NCBI GenBank assembly: GCA_001770205.1
Contig: MEQL01000061.1
Coordinates: 124,001-188,000 of the forward strand
Length of the DNA: 64,000 bases
Source of the DNA: Bdellovibrionales bacterium RIFOXYD12_FULL_39_22
Lineage (GTDB): Bacteria; Bdellovibrionota; Bacteriovoracia; Bacteriovoracales; Bacteriovoracaceae
Reading direction: 5' to 3'
Part shown: in pieces, positions 50,498-60,346 of the stretch
Numbering within the stretch: position 1 is the stretch's first letter
Layout of the letters: each line of letters starts with the position of its first letter
Notes under the pieces: model-generated
Databases searched by the model: none
Seen by the model: the letters and a program-made list of their open reading frames with translations, nothing else
Told to the model about the DNA's origin: nothing
Program-made: the position numbers and the translations under genes

Positions 50498-52267
50498 GTG
50501 AGTAATTTTCAAAATGCGCTAGAGTGTTACAACGATAATAAGTATGATGCCGCATTTGCCTGGTTTAAAGCGACAATTAGTGAAAAGGATGGCCAAGTAG
50601 AGACAAAGCTTTTGGCCATGGAATATCTCGCAAAAATTAATATACTCCTTAAGCACAAAAATCTTTTATCCCAAATACAATTTGATCTGGCGTGTGAACT
50701 TCTTGAGAAGAGCAGTTGGTCGAGTGCTTATAAGTTATTTAAAGATGTTTTTTTGACAATTGAAAGTGAGAAACTAGAAAACTTACCAAATAAAATCCCC
50801 CGAGGAGTTTTACTTAACAATCTATGGAAAAGTTCAAGCGAAAGTGGAGAGATAGAAGACGCCAAGTATTTTTTCAACGAGGCCTTTTGGCAGTACAAAA
50901 AAAGTAATAATAGTTGGGCAATGTTAGGTCTTTTAGAAAACTATCAGGAAAAATATCCACTGCCAGACCATCTCCAAGATGAATATTTTCGCCTTCTTCT
51001 GATTTCTGGAGAGTTAGCAAAATTTCAACGGGCCACTAATTTTATTAGAGAGGATATTTCTGAGGCATTTGCGCAAGATAATTTTATTGCGTTAGTTGGC
51101 CAACCTAAATATCTGGCCCTGTTAAAGAAGTTATCACAGGAAATCTCTTGTTTTCCAAATTGGCGAGAAGATGCGGCTCTTTTTGAAATTGTTTTAGTGG
51201 AATTATTTTTAAGCATATATCCTAAAGAGATAAGTTTTCGGGTTAATCTTGATGATAGAAAAAGGCTCATAAATTTATTATTTGAATTTCTAGTGGTTTT
51301 TCCAAACAATCCGGTGGGTATATTGGTTTTGTATCAATACGGCATTGTTTTTTCTAAAAGATTTATGCTGCAAGCACTTATCCCCAACATTGCCCCCAAG
51401 CGCAGCGGTCGACGCGAAGACGATAAGATTTTTAATGCACTAAAAAACAAAAAAATTGACCTGGTAAATATGAGAACTTGTGACTACGTTGAGGTTGGTG
51501 ATAGCGATTTTGAAATTGATCTAGGGGAAGATCTTTTTGTAGATAATACATCAAGAGGTGATTTGCATAAATCACCAACACAACTTATTCATGCGATAGA
51601 TTATTTAATTAAAAGTGGAAACGAAGAACATATAGACAAATTAATGGAGGAGCTTAGAAAAATTGATCCTCAAAACAATTATCTTAAAGAGCTGGAGGCC
51701 AAAAGGCAAAAATCATTTTCGAATAAGGCAAATCAAGAGGTCGCGCAAAAAGATCAACAGCGAGAGGACAGACTTGTTCAGACACTAGAAAATCTCATTC
51801 ACGGAGAGAGAGACGGGTTAGAGGAAAGAGAATTTCGGCAAAAGGAAAAAAGTGTTATTGATCATCTTGTTTTACAAGGACGTGAATATATTTGTGATAA
51901 TGTTAGTGATTTGGCGACAGCATTTTTAAATATGCAAATGTACTCGGCGGTAGAGTTTGTCGTAAATATGGCCGAAACGGCCCCTCGTCTTACCGTAGAA
52001 GAAAAAGTTGGTCTTTCATATATTAAGGCATCGGCCTTAATGGAGCAAAAGCGGTTTTTTGATGCGCTTGCAGAGGTAGAAAGTGTTCTTGGCGGCCTGC
52101 CACTTACGAGCGAAGAGAAAAAAGACTTTTTATATTTAAATGCTGAGCTTCTTTATGCTGTGAAGGAGAGATCACGTGCATTAAAAATATATCAAGAGCT
52201 TTATAATATTGATCCAAATTATCGAATGGTGAAAAACAGGATAGGGTTAATTGAAAGCGGGAAATAA
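50498..52267 (+). CDS. TPR protein, positional homologue of SgmX/Bd2492
   Basis: Helical repeats; C-terminal DLA.AF..M.MY..A and LY..AE...A...Y.....IDPNYR.V..R; lies between efp and tamB-tamA. Confidence 0.6.
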   Translation: MSNFQNALECYNDNKYDAAFAWFKATISEKDGQVETKLLAMEYLAKINILLKHKNLLSQIQFDLACELLEKSSWSSAYKLFKDVFLTIESEKLENLPNKIPRGVLLNNLWKSSSESGEIEDAKYFFNEAFWQYKKSNNSWAMLGLLENYQEKYPLPDHLQDEYFRLLLISGELAKFQRATNFIREDISEAFAQDNFIALVGQPKYLALLKKLSQEISCFPNWREDAALFEIVLVELFLSIYPKEISFRVNLDDRKRLINLLFEFLVVFPNNPVGILVLYQYGIVFSKRFMLQALIPNIAPKRSGRREDDKIFNALKNKKIDLVNMRTCDYVEVGDSDFEIDLGEDLFVDNTSRGDLHKSPTQLIHAIDYLIKSGNEEHIDKLMEELRKIDPQNNYLKELEAKRQKSFSNKANQEVAQKDQQREDRLVQTLENLIHGERDGLEEREFRQKEKSVIDHLVLQGREYICDNVSDLATAFLNMQMYSAVEFVVNMAETAPRLTVEEKVGLSYIKASALMEQKRFFDALAEVESVLGGLPLTSEEKKDFLYLNAELLYAVKERSRALKIYQELYNIDPNYRMVKNRIGLIESGK

Positions 52268-55200
52268 ATTTTTTCTTATCTTTGCCATATTGGTTTTGTC
52301 TCTGTTCTATGGCGTCTGGGAATTTACGCAAACATCATTTTTCATTGGACAAATAAAGGATAAGGTTTCACAAGAAGTGAAGAAACAATCTGGTATTTCT
52401 GTTGCCTTTGATAATTTTCAACTCCACTTTTTTCCACCCAAAACAGTTTTACAAAATGTCGCTTTTGGTGATTCAAAAAATAAATGGAGTGCCACTTTTT
52501 CTACTGTTTCAATTTCATTTAGTCCGCTTGATATATTTTCTAGCGAGTTGGTTTTTGATGAGATAGCTGGAGAAGCGGGAACAATTAGCGTTGGACAAAT
52601 AAAAAGAGATGAAAAAAAGAAAAAAAATGATAATTTATATCAATCTCTTTCGTTATTGTTGCCACCGGCCATTTCCAAAATTAAAATTAAAGATACAACC
52701 ATTGATTTTGCTGGCAAACCATATGCAGAGATTGACAAGCTTTTTTTACTGCGTTCCAACAACCTATTCATAGCAGAGGCGTTCGCCTCCGACATCCAAT
52801 ATGGCCAACACCAGATAAGCACGTTAAGGGGCAAATGGCATATTTCTCCTAAAGAAATCAAAATCATTTCAATGGAAGTTGGTAAACACGAATCGATTGT
52901 TGCGATTAGTGGGGGAATTTTCGATGGTAAGTTAGATTTAAAACTTAGCATCGACATTGAACTTGCCAAGATATTGCGCGATTATGATATAGATCCCGCA
53001 TTAATTAGTTCGGCAACAATAAAAGGGGAAATTTCCGTTATAGGCAAATTAAGCGCACCAACCTTTCGCGGAAAGATATCGGTAGAAAACTTGATATGTG
53101 ATTATTTGCGCATGCAAAACATTAAGCTGACATTTTTCAGCGATAAAAATCAAAACATTTGGATAGATAAACTTCATGGTATTTTCGCAGATGGCTCAAT
53201 TTCCTTGCTGGCCCCAATAAAGGTTTTTAGTAAAGACAGAGGCGATATTGTTTTTCCGGAATTATCTTTTGATTTAAAAAACATGCAGACAGATGTTGCA
53301 TTGCATTTTTTGCGGAAGAGCTTTAGTAACGTTGTTGGGAAATTTACCGGAAGAGTTTTCCTTGCCCCGCGGCCAGAAGGCCTGGAAGTAGTCATCGAAA
53401 AGGGGAGTGCAATTGATAATTTTAGATTATTAAAACATGGAAGCACTAAGAATATTTTAGAAAATGAGCGGATAGGATTCGACGAGACACAGTTTTTCAT
53501 TGATAAAAACAAAAAAATAACAATGAAAGTAGGATTAGAGATTGCCCAAAAAAAGGTTGTTGGAACGGGGGTTGTTTCAAGTGATGGAATTGAGATTCGT
53601 GCCAATTGCGCAGATATGGATATGAATAAATTTGGGCCAATTGTTGGGAAGAAAATTTTAGGAACGGGGCCGATTAGTGTTGTTATCACAAGGAATAAAG
53701 AAACGACACTGTTTACTTTTAATCTAAAAATGGAGGGGTTTAAGGTAATAGGCTTGGACTTGGGAAAAACATTGGCGGAGATAACATACAACTCGACAAC
53801 TAATCAATTGCGTATTAATCAGGGCATGATATCTAGAGGCAATTGTCGATATACCTTGGACGGGATATTCGATTTTTCCGCGGAGAGTAATTATAATCTT
53901 AGGGCAAAGTTTGATCGCTGCAGTGCTGATAACTCCAGGGCAATCTTTAAACACTATCTTTCAGGAAGATTCCCAACAACAGAGCGCATAGATTTTACGC
54001 ATTCGTCGAATTTATCGATAAAAGGAAATTTACATCAATCAAAAATATCAGTGAATGGTAAAACGCATATTTCCAGGGCCTCTATTTGGGGCGAGCGAAT
54101 TAATGGAGTCGACGCTAATATCTCATATTCCAATGAACAACTAGAAGTTACGGCACTCGATTTGCGAAAGGGCTCCGGAAGAGTTAGTGGAAAGTTTTCG
54201 TGGAATTTTAATAATGGCCTTGTTGATTATGATTTGGCCATTAGAAAAATCAAATTAAGGGAGTCTGATTTATATCAACTTTTAAATTTAGGCCATGATG
54301 GAGAGTTAGCAGGAGTAATGGTTGGAAGAGGTGCTCGCGATGGCCTTGAGCATCGTCTGGAGCTAGAAATATATAACAGCACAATTGGCACAACCCGGGT
54401 CAACAACTCGCGAATAAAGATATCTGGAACGAATAAAAAAGTCTTAATAGAAGGTAATTTGTTAGGAGATAGTATAAAATTAAATTCGCTTTTATTTCTT
54501 AGATCTTCTGAAATTAAAGAGAAATCCACGCTTCATTTGGAGGTAAATGAGAATGAAATAAAAAATCTATTTGGCCTTTTTTCTGCTCACAATGCCATCG
54601 GAGCAAACATCAGAGGACAACTAAAGGGGTTTTTAGATGCCTCTTTTGACCTTGAAAATCCCGCGTCGTTAAATGTTAATTCAAACATTACGGATTTTAA
54701 TTGGGGGGCTGGCGCAACACAGTTTAGTTTGATTGCACCTGCCAATTTGGCGATAAAAGAGGGAGTTATTCAAAAGTGGTATTTGAAACTAAAAAATCAA
54801 ACGGGAAAGGATTTTATTATCAATTCTGGCCAGGGAGATTTTAAAAATGAGTTTAGAATTTTTTTCGACTACAATTACAATGCAGAACTTTTTTCCATCC
54901 TTTCTCCACAGATTGCCTTTGCCGCTGGAAAGGTTGAAGGGATGGCCGTTTTTATTGGAAAAAAAGGAGGCGGACAATACCACGCAAGTGCTAAAGGAAG
55001 AAATATTGATATACGCTTAAAAAATATTCCCAACGACTTTTCTATGGTCAATTTTAATGTTGTTTTTGATGATAAAAAAATAATTTTTGATAATTTTTCT
55101 GCCAAATATGGAAATGGGAATGTTTCGGCCTCTGGACGTGCCGATTTTTCTCAAGATCTTTTTTCTCCGGCAGTTGATTTGAATTTATCCTTACGACAGG

Positions 55201-56237
55201 TGCAAGTTCCCTTTATGTCTAATTCTAGTGCCCTTGTTTCTGGGGATTTTGAGGCCAATGGGAAAAAACGCCCATATTATGTTTCAGGAAGAGTTTCTGT
55301 TTTATTTGCTGAATTGCTTGAAGATTTCTCGGAATTTTATAAACTTAAAATTGTAAATAAAACCCTGGACGGAATTCTTCCTACCGAAAGAGAGGAGGAT
55401 AAACAGGCCTTTGTTGATTATAAAATTGATGTCAATTTTATGCGCGGTATTTCGTTTAAAAATAGTTATATTGATTCTCGTTTTTCCGGAGAAGGGGTAC
55501 TAAAGGGAGAGGACGCTGACATGAGGTTTGTTGGTAATTTTGCCGCAATTAAAGAGACATCAAAGTTTAAGTTCAAGGGACATGAATTTAAAGTTTATGA
55601 CGGGAATATATTTTTTAGTGAAAACAAGGATAAGCAAGCTATAGAAGTGAAAATTAATAGTACTGGGCAAATTGGAAATTATAAAATAGCTCTTAATGTA
55701 GATGGCCGGCCGGAAAACCTATTATTGAAAATGGAATCTAATCCCCCTCTTTCACAAAATGACATTCTTTCCTTGCTGGCCCTTGGAGTTACAACTACGG
55801 CCAGTAAAAATCTAGAAGAAAGTGATTTAAGCGCGGTAGCAACTTTGGGGCTTGGAAACTTGTTGGCCGATCAGCTGCAAATTAGTAAAAACATTGCTAA
55901 TCCCCTGGGCCTTCAACTAACAGTTTCTCCCGAACTAGGAGAAGAGACAGACGAACAACAACTGCAAAATGTTTCCAGTAGTACAGATACAGCTTCTAAA
56001 ATTCGCTCTACGACGGTAGTTAAAATTAAAATGAATCTGGCAACTAATTTGGATTTATCCCTCTCTAGTACTGTTGGTGGTGCCACTGGCCAGAAACAAG
56101 AGATGCATATAGATTATGGTATTAATAAAAATATGTCGCTACAGGGAGTGTATGAATCAAAAAGTAGCGCAGACAACACCACAGAGACAACGAACTCTGC
56201 AGGGTTTGACTTAATATATAGAAAATCGTTCAAGTGA
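52251..56237 (+). CDS. tamB: Translocation and assembly module TamB (AsmA-like, DUF490)
   Basis: 1328 aa; N-terminal TM; beta-taco repeats; S.PPLSQ.DILSLL..G; C-terminal strands ending RKSFK. Confidence 0.85.
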   Translation: MKAGNKFFLIFAILVLSLFYGVWEFTQTSFFIGQIKDKVSQEVKKQSGISVAFDNFQLHFFPPKTVLQNVAFGDSKNKWSATFSTVSISFSPLDIFSSELVFDEIAGEAGTISVGQIKRDEKKKKNDNLYQSLSLLLPPAISKIKIKDTTIDFAGKPYAEIDKLFLLRSNNLFIAEAFASDIQYGQHQISTLRGKWHISPKEIKIISMEVGKHESIVAISGGIFDGKLDLKLSIDIELAKILRDYDIDPALISSATIKGEISVIGKLSAPTFRGKISVENLICDYLRMQNIKLTFFSDKNQNIWIDKLHGIFADGSISLLAPIKVFSKDRGDIVFPELSFDLKNMQTDVALHFLRKSFSNVVGKFTGRVFLAPRPEGLEVVIEKGSAIDNFRLLKHGSTKNILENERIGFDETQFFIDKNKKITMKVGLEIAQKKVVGTGVVSSDGIEIRANCADMDMNKFGPIVGKKILGTGPISVVITRNKETTLFTFNLKMEGFKVIGLDLGKTLAEITYNSTTNQLRINQGMISRGNCRYTLDGIFDFSAESNYNLRAKFDRCSADNSRAIFKHYLSGRFPTTERIDFTHSSNLSIKGNLHQSKISVNGKTHISRASIWGERINGVDANISYSNEQLEVTALDLRKGSGRVSGKFSWNFNNGLVDYDLAIRKIKLRESDLYQLLNLGHDGELAGVMVGRGARDGLEHRLELEIYNSTIGTTRVNNSRIKISGTNKKVLIEGNLLGDSIKLNSLLFLRSSEIKEKSTLHLEVNENEIKNLFGLFSAHNAIGANIRGQLKGFLDASFDLENPASLNVNSNITDFNWGAGATQFSLIAPANLAIKEGVIQKWYLKLKNQTGKDFIINSGQGDFKNEFRIFFDYNYNAELFSILSPQIAFAAGKVEGMAVFIGKKGGGQYHASAKGRNIDIRLKNIPNDFSMVNFNVVFDDKKIIFDNFSAKYGNGNVSASGRADFSQDLFSPAVDLNLSLRQVQVPFMSNSSALVSGDFEANGKKRPYYVSGRVSVLFAELLEDFSEFYKLKIVNKTLDGILPTEREEDKQAFVDYKIDVNFMRGISFKNSYIDSRFSGEGVLKGEDADMRFVGNFAAIKETSKFKFKGHEFKVYDGNIFFSENKDKQAIEVKINSTGQIGNYKIALNVDGRPENLLLKMESNPPLSQNDILSLLALGVTTTASKNLEESDLSAVATLGLGNLLADQLQISKNIANPLGLQLTVSPELGEETDEQQLQNVSSSTDTASKIRSTTVVKIKMNLATNLDLSLSSTVGGATGQKQEMHIDYGINKNMSLQGVYESKSSADNTTETTNSAGFDLIYRKSFK

Positions 56238-56247
56238 TATTAAACCA

Positions 56248-59106
56248 ATGGACGGCCATAAAAAATTATATTCAATCTGTAATTACTTCTTTTTAGCTGG
56301 TATTTTTCTTTTTAATTTTTCATGGGCCCTCGCAGCGTCTTCGGTGCTTCCCGTGACCTTATCATGCGAAGGAGGCGGCCAATGTCCTTTTTCTTTGGGA
56401 CAACTGTTTCCTTTATCTCAACGATATAGCATTGAGGATGTGAGAAAAAAGCTTTCTGTTTTTATTTCCACAGACAAGTCGATAGCTCAATTTCGTTACG
56501 AGATATATTTTACCGAGGAGAGGTATCAGGTTCGACTTTTTTATAAAGAGAAAAAACATATTAACAAGATTACGGTTGTTGGTGATGTTGATGTTGATCT
56601 TCTCGCAGTGAGGGCCGCCTTGCCATTTAAAGAGGGAGAGTACTTTCCAGATGGCCAAGAGATGCGCCAGGAGTCTCCTAAATATATAATCAAATATCTA
56701 AAGGGGTTGGGGATAAACGTTATTAATGTTTCCTGCGAAATAAGACCGATCAAAGGTGAAGAAGTTGAAATAATCTATATTATTGGAAATGCCAGAGAGA
56801 TAATGGTTTCAGATATAATAATTCGAACGGACGTAGAAATTGATCTTTCGGCGGTAAAAAATACATTTTTACGCTTTAAGCATCATCCCTGGGATCAGGT
56901 TGAAATTGATACAACAATTGCGCAAATTGCAAAAGATCTTTTTGAGCAAGGCCATTACGGTATAAAAATAACTTCCTATCAACAGATGGAGAATAATCAC
57001 CACTTTGCCAAATTGTTACTCTCTGTTGCTGTCGGAGATAAAATAACATTAAGTTTTTCTGGCAATAAAAAATTCTCTCGACAGGAGCTAATCTCTCATC
57101 TACACAAGGCCATAATTGCTAATCAATTATCTTTTTCTGAGCAAAGCGCCCAGGTGGCAATTATTGATCTTTACGAAAGTGTTGGGATTTATAATACCAA
57201 GCTAACTTCCCATGCGCTATTTGGAAGAGATTTAGAGGGGCGTAAAAACAAAAATATATATTTTTATATTACGGAAGGAAATCATATAAAGCTACCGCCA
57301 CCATTGTTAAAAGGCGCAACACTTTTTTCTCGCAAGAAACTTGTTGAACTATACAATAAAACAGGGAGTGATTTGGTAAGGGCCGGAAACTTAGATAGAA
57401 AATTCTTGACAGATTTTTCACGAATTATACAGGAAGAATATGTTAAAAATGGTTTCTTATCAGCAGAAATATCGTCTCCTCTTATTTCGTTTTATGATAA
57501 TGGCCAACGTGCCTCCGTGGAATATTCAATCAAGGAGGGGGTGCAAACGGTTGTAGAGGAAATAAATTTTTTAAACGTACCAAGGTGGCTGCGAAAAAAA
57601 ATCATAAAACAGTTAACCAATATGCCAAGAAAAGCACTGGATGCCTCGGTCGTTTCTGCGGAATATCAGAAGGCCTTGGAGATTATAAAAAACAATGGAT
57701 ATCTTTTTGCCCAGATCTCAGATCGCTCAGTTCCGGAAATGGTTGATTATTCTTTGGACTATAAATTTGCTAGGCTCAATTATGACTTTTATCTTGGAAA
57801 AAGCGCTAAATTTTTTGGTGCAAAAATTTTAGGGAGAGAGAAAACGCAAGAAGTTGTTATATTGCGGGAAATTTTATTTTCCCGCGGAGAAACAGTAACG
57901 GCAACGGCCCTGGAAGAACTTAAAAACAAGTTGCTTGCGCTAGGAATTTTTTCACATGTCTCAATCATGCCAGAAACAATTAATGAGAAAGAGGGCGAGG
58001 TAGAGGTGCTCTTAAAAATAACAGTTAAAGAGAGTGATGCAAAAATTATAGAATTGGCCCCTGGATTTAGAACAGATATCGGTTATAAACTATCATCTGC
58101 CTTTCTCGTAAACAATGTTAATGGCCTCAATAGATCCTTTGCTCTTCGTTCACAAGTAAACCGCAGGGTAGATCTAACAGGACTGAATGAAGATAGACCA
58201 CAAGGAAAAGAAAACCTTTTAGAATACAACATTGATCTTAGTTTCTCGGAGCCATATTTTCTTATTCGGGAGTTGAATTCTCAGGTGGAGTTTTCTACTT
58301 CTCGGAAGCGCTTTTATGCTTTTGATGCAGATATTCGCAAATTTTCCACTTCACTTTCTAAAACGATATTGGGACATGTTGATCTTGGCCTGCGTTATCA
58401 GTTAGAGGATTTTTCACAATTTAATGGTATAGAGGGGGATGATCAAAATAATAACGATTATTTTAGAATTGGAGGGATTGTTCCATCAATTGCCCTAGAT
58501 TGGCGCGATGATAAAATTAGAACAAAAAAGGGTGCCTATTTTTCACTGTCTTTAGAATTGTCAAATGCTGATTTTGGTTCACAAAACCAAAAAGATCGCG
58601 TTATTAATTTTAGCAAAATTATTTCACGAAATCGCTTCTATTTTCCGCTTGGGGATTGGGTTGTTGCGTCTTCTATTTCTCTCGGACGTGAAGATAACTT
58701 AGATCCAGATCATTCTCGTAGCTATATTCCCTCCGTGAAGGTTTTTCGCATGGATGGAGTAGACTTGGTACGAGGTTTTTCTAGCGAAGAGATCAATCGC
58801 CTACCAAGCGGAAGTGATGTTGGTGAAGTGCGGGTAACAGATGAGGCCTATTTTGTTAACTACAAAATTGAACCTCGCTATGCGGCCAGTGATGCTATCA
58901 TTGTTGCGTTATTTTTGGATGCCGGCCGTGTCTATGTAAATCAATTTGATCCGCTATCAGTGCGTTCAGCGGCGGGGGCCAGCCTGAAAGTTTTAACGCC
59001 GATTGGGACTCTTGATTTTGATTATGGTATAAAGCTTGATCGTCGGCAAACAGGGGGAGAGGCGGAGAGCTTTGGCCGATTTCATCTCGCAATAGGCTTT
59101 TTTTAG
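56248..59106 (+). CDS. Omp85-family protein (TamA/BamA-like) with multiple POTRA domains
   Basis: POTRA motifs (GN..FS..EL, Y...G, G..KT..VILRE, LGIF..V, V.E); barrel with VRGF, F.DAG, TPIG...DYG, terminal F. Confidence 0.9.
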   Translation: MDGHKKLYSICNYFFLAGIFLFNFSWALAASSVLPVTLSCEGGGQCPFSLGQLFPLSQRYSIEDVRKKLSVFISTDKSIAQFRYEIYFTEERYQVRLFYKEKKHINKITVVGDVDVDLLAVRAALPFKEGEYFPDGQEMRQESPKYIIKYLKGLGINVINVSCEIRPIKGEEVEIIYIIGNAREIMVSDIIIRTDVEIDLSAVKNTFLRFKHHPWDQVEIDTTIAQIAKDLFEQGHYGIKITSYQQMENNHHFAKLLLSVAVGDKITLSFSGNKKFSRQELISHLHKAIIANQLSFSEQSAQVAIIDLYESVGIYNTKLTSHALFGRDLEGRKNKNIYFYITEGNHIKLPPPLLKGATLFSRKKLVELYNKTGSDLVRAGNLDRKFLTDFSRIIQEEYVKNGFLSAEISSPLISFYDNGQRASVEYSIKEGVQTVVEEINFLNVPRWLRKKIIKQLTNMPRKALDASVVSAEYQKALEIIKNNGYLFAQISDRSVPEMVDYSLDYKFARLNYDFYLGKSAKFFGAKILGREKTQEVVILREILFSRGETVTATALEELKNKLLALGIFSHVSIMPETINEKEGEVEVLLKITVKESDAKIIELAPGFRTDIGYKLSSAFLVNNVNGLNRSFALRSQVNRRVDLTGLNEDRPQGKENLLEYNIDLSFSEPYFLIRELNSQVEFSTSRKRFYAFDADIRKFSTSLSKTILGHVDLGLRYQLEDFSQFNGIEGDDQNNNDYFRIGGIVPSIALDWRDDKIRTKKGAYFSLSLELSNADFGSQNQKDRVINFSKIISRNRFYFPLGDWVVASSISLGREDNLDPDHSRSYIPSVKVFRMDGVDLVRGFSSEEINRLPSGSDVGEVRVTDEAYFVNYKIEPRYAASDAIIVALFLDAGRVYVNQFDPLSVRSAAGASLKVLTPIGTLDFDYGIKLDRRQTGGEAESFGRFHLAIGFF

Positions 59107-59171
59107 TTATTTTTTGCCTTTTCCAACAACATTCGGTGATTTTTGTAAAGATCTTTTTAAAAAGTTTGTTA

Positions 59172-59201
59172 TTGACTAGCGGCCCCCACATCCTATATAA
59201 C
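59172..59201 (+). promoter_or_regulatory. Candidate sigma70 promoter for rplM-rpsI
   Basis: TTGACT followed after 16-18 nt by TATATA/TATAAC. Confidence 0.45.
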
Positions 59202-59261
59202 CACTCTCTAAATTTGCTTTTTTTAAAAAATAGGTTTCTTTAATTAATTAGGCAGGTCATT

Positions 59262-59699
59262 ATGTATACTCAAAAATCGTTTGTTCTTAAACCAGCAGAA
59301 GCTCAAAAAAAATGGTACCTAATTGATGGCAAAGACATGATTGTTGGCCGTCTAGCAACAGAAGTTGCACGAATTTTACGAGGAAAAATCAATCCTAAAT
59401 TTACCCCCAATACTGATTCCGGTGATCATGTGATCGTTATTAATGCAGAGAAAGTTAAGTTCACAGGAAATAAGTGGGAAGATAAAAACTACAACTGGCA
59501 CACAAACCACATTGGTGGAATTAAAAAACGGACAGCAAAAGAGCAGCTGATTAAACATCCGGAACTAATTGTGTTAGAGGCAGTTAAAGGAATGCTCCCA
59601 AAAACTACGCTAGGAAGAAGTCAACTTACTAAGCTAAGAGTGGTTGTTGGGGAGTCGCACAATCATGAGGCACAGAAACCAGAAGTTTATAACATTTAA
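59262..59699 (+). CDS. rplM: 50S ribosomal protein L13
   Basis: W..ID, GRLAT, LRGK..P.FTP..D.GD.VIVINA, AVKGMLPK, HEAQKP. Confidence 0.98.
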   Translation: MYTQKSFVLKPAEAQKKWYLIDGKDMIVGRLATEVARILRGKINPKFTPNTDSGDHVIVINAEKVKFTGNKWEDKNYNWHTNHIGGIKKRTAKEQLIKHPELIVLEAVKGMLPKTTLGRSQLTKLRVVVGESHNHEAQKPEVYNI

Positions 59700-59726
59700 T
59701 TATTAAACCTTTAGAGGAAGAAAGTT

Positions 59727-60131
59727 ATGGCAGTAAAAGGAAAAGTATACAAGGCCCATGCGGTGGGAAGAAGAAAGTGTGCGGTTGCACGCGTCTACAT
59801 GTCAGAAGGCTCTGGAAAAATAACTATTAACAGACGGCCTGTTGATAACTATTTTGAAAAAGGAACTTCACAATATGTAGTTAATCAACCGCTTACCCTT
59901 TTAAACGCATCAGGAAATTATGATATCCTTGTTAATGTTAGAGGTGGTGGTACCACAGGACAAGCAGGTGCTGTTCGTTTGGGAATTTCGCGAGCACTAT
60001 TAAAAATAGACCCAACGCTTCGCCCGGCGCTAAAAAAGGCCGGATTTTTGAGCAGAGATGCAAGAAAAGTTGAACGGAAAAAATGTGGTATGTCTGGAGC
60101 AAGAAAAAGATACCAATTCTCTAAACGATAA
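59727..60131 (+). CDS. rpsI: 30S ribosomal protein S9
   Basis: GRRK.AVARV, V.GGG..GQAGA, RD.R.VERKK, QFSKR. Confidence 0.98.
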   Translation: MAVKGKVYKAHAVGRRKCAVARVYMSEGSGKITINRRPVDNYFEKGTSQYVVNQPLTLLNASGNYDILVNVRGGGTTGQAGAVRLGISRALLKIDPTLRPALKKAGFLSRDARKVERKKCGMSGARKRYQFSKR

Positions 60132-60154
60132 TTCAAAAAGAGAAATAATTCAAA

Positions 60155-60190
60155 AAAGGCCCACAGTAAGGAAACTTTCTGTGGGCCTTT
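60155..60190. terminator. Intrinsic terminator after rpsI
   Basis: AAAGGCCCACAG / CTGTGGGCCTTT 12-bp stem capped by aag-GAAA-ctt; A-run before and T-rich tail after. Confidence 0.8.
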
Positions 60191-60272
60191 CTGTCTTAGT
60201 TCTATAAACCAAAACAGTTGTGCCTAACAAAAACTAATGAAACCAATGTAATTGTTAAAAACCATCAAAAAA

Positions 60273-60299
60273 TAAAGTTTATTTCATAAAATCCGACAC
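60273..60299 (+). promoter_or_regulatory. Candidate sigma28 (FliA)-type promoter
   Basis: TAAAGTTT-N11-TCCGACAC versus consensus TAAAGTTT-N11-GCCGATAA. Confidence 0.5.
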
Positions 60300-60346
60300 G
60301 AAACTTAAATAGTTTTTAAACTAATATTCTTCGGAGAGGCGCAACG

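Noticed and set aside
60128..60156. ATAATTCAAAAA direct repeat after the rpsI stop as a target-site duplication
   Set aside because: Copies are only 5 bp apart and AT-rich, with no element between them.
60155..60190. Shared GGCCCACAG/GTGGGCC between the rpsI hairpin and the 23181-23238 repeats as a REP/MITE family
   Set aside because: Only 9 bp shared and loops differ; the window-wide GGCC bias makes coincidence likely, and the rpsI hairpin is explained as a terminator.
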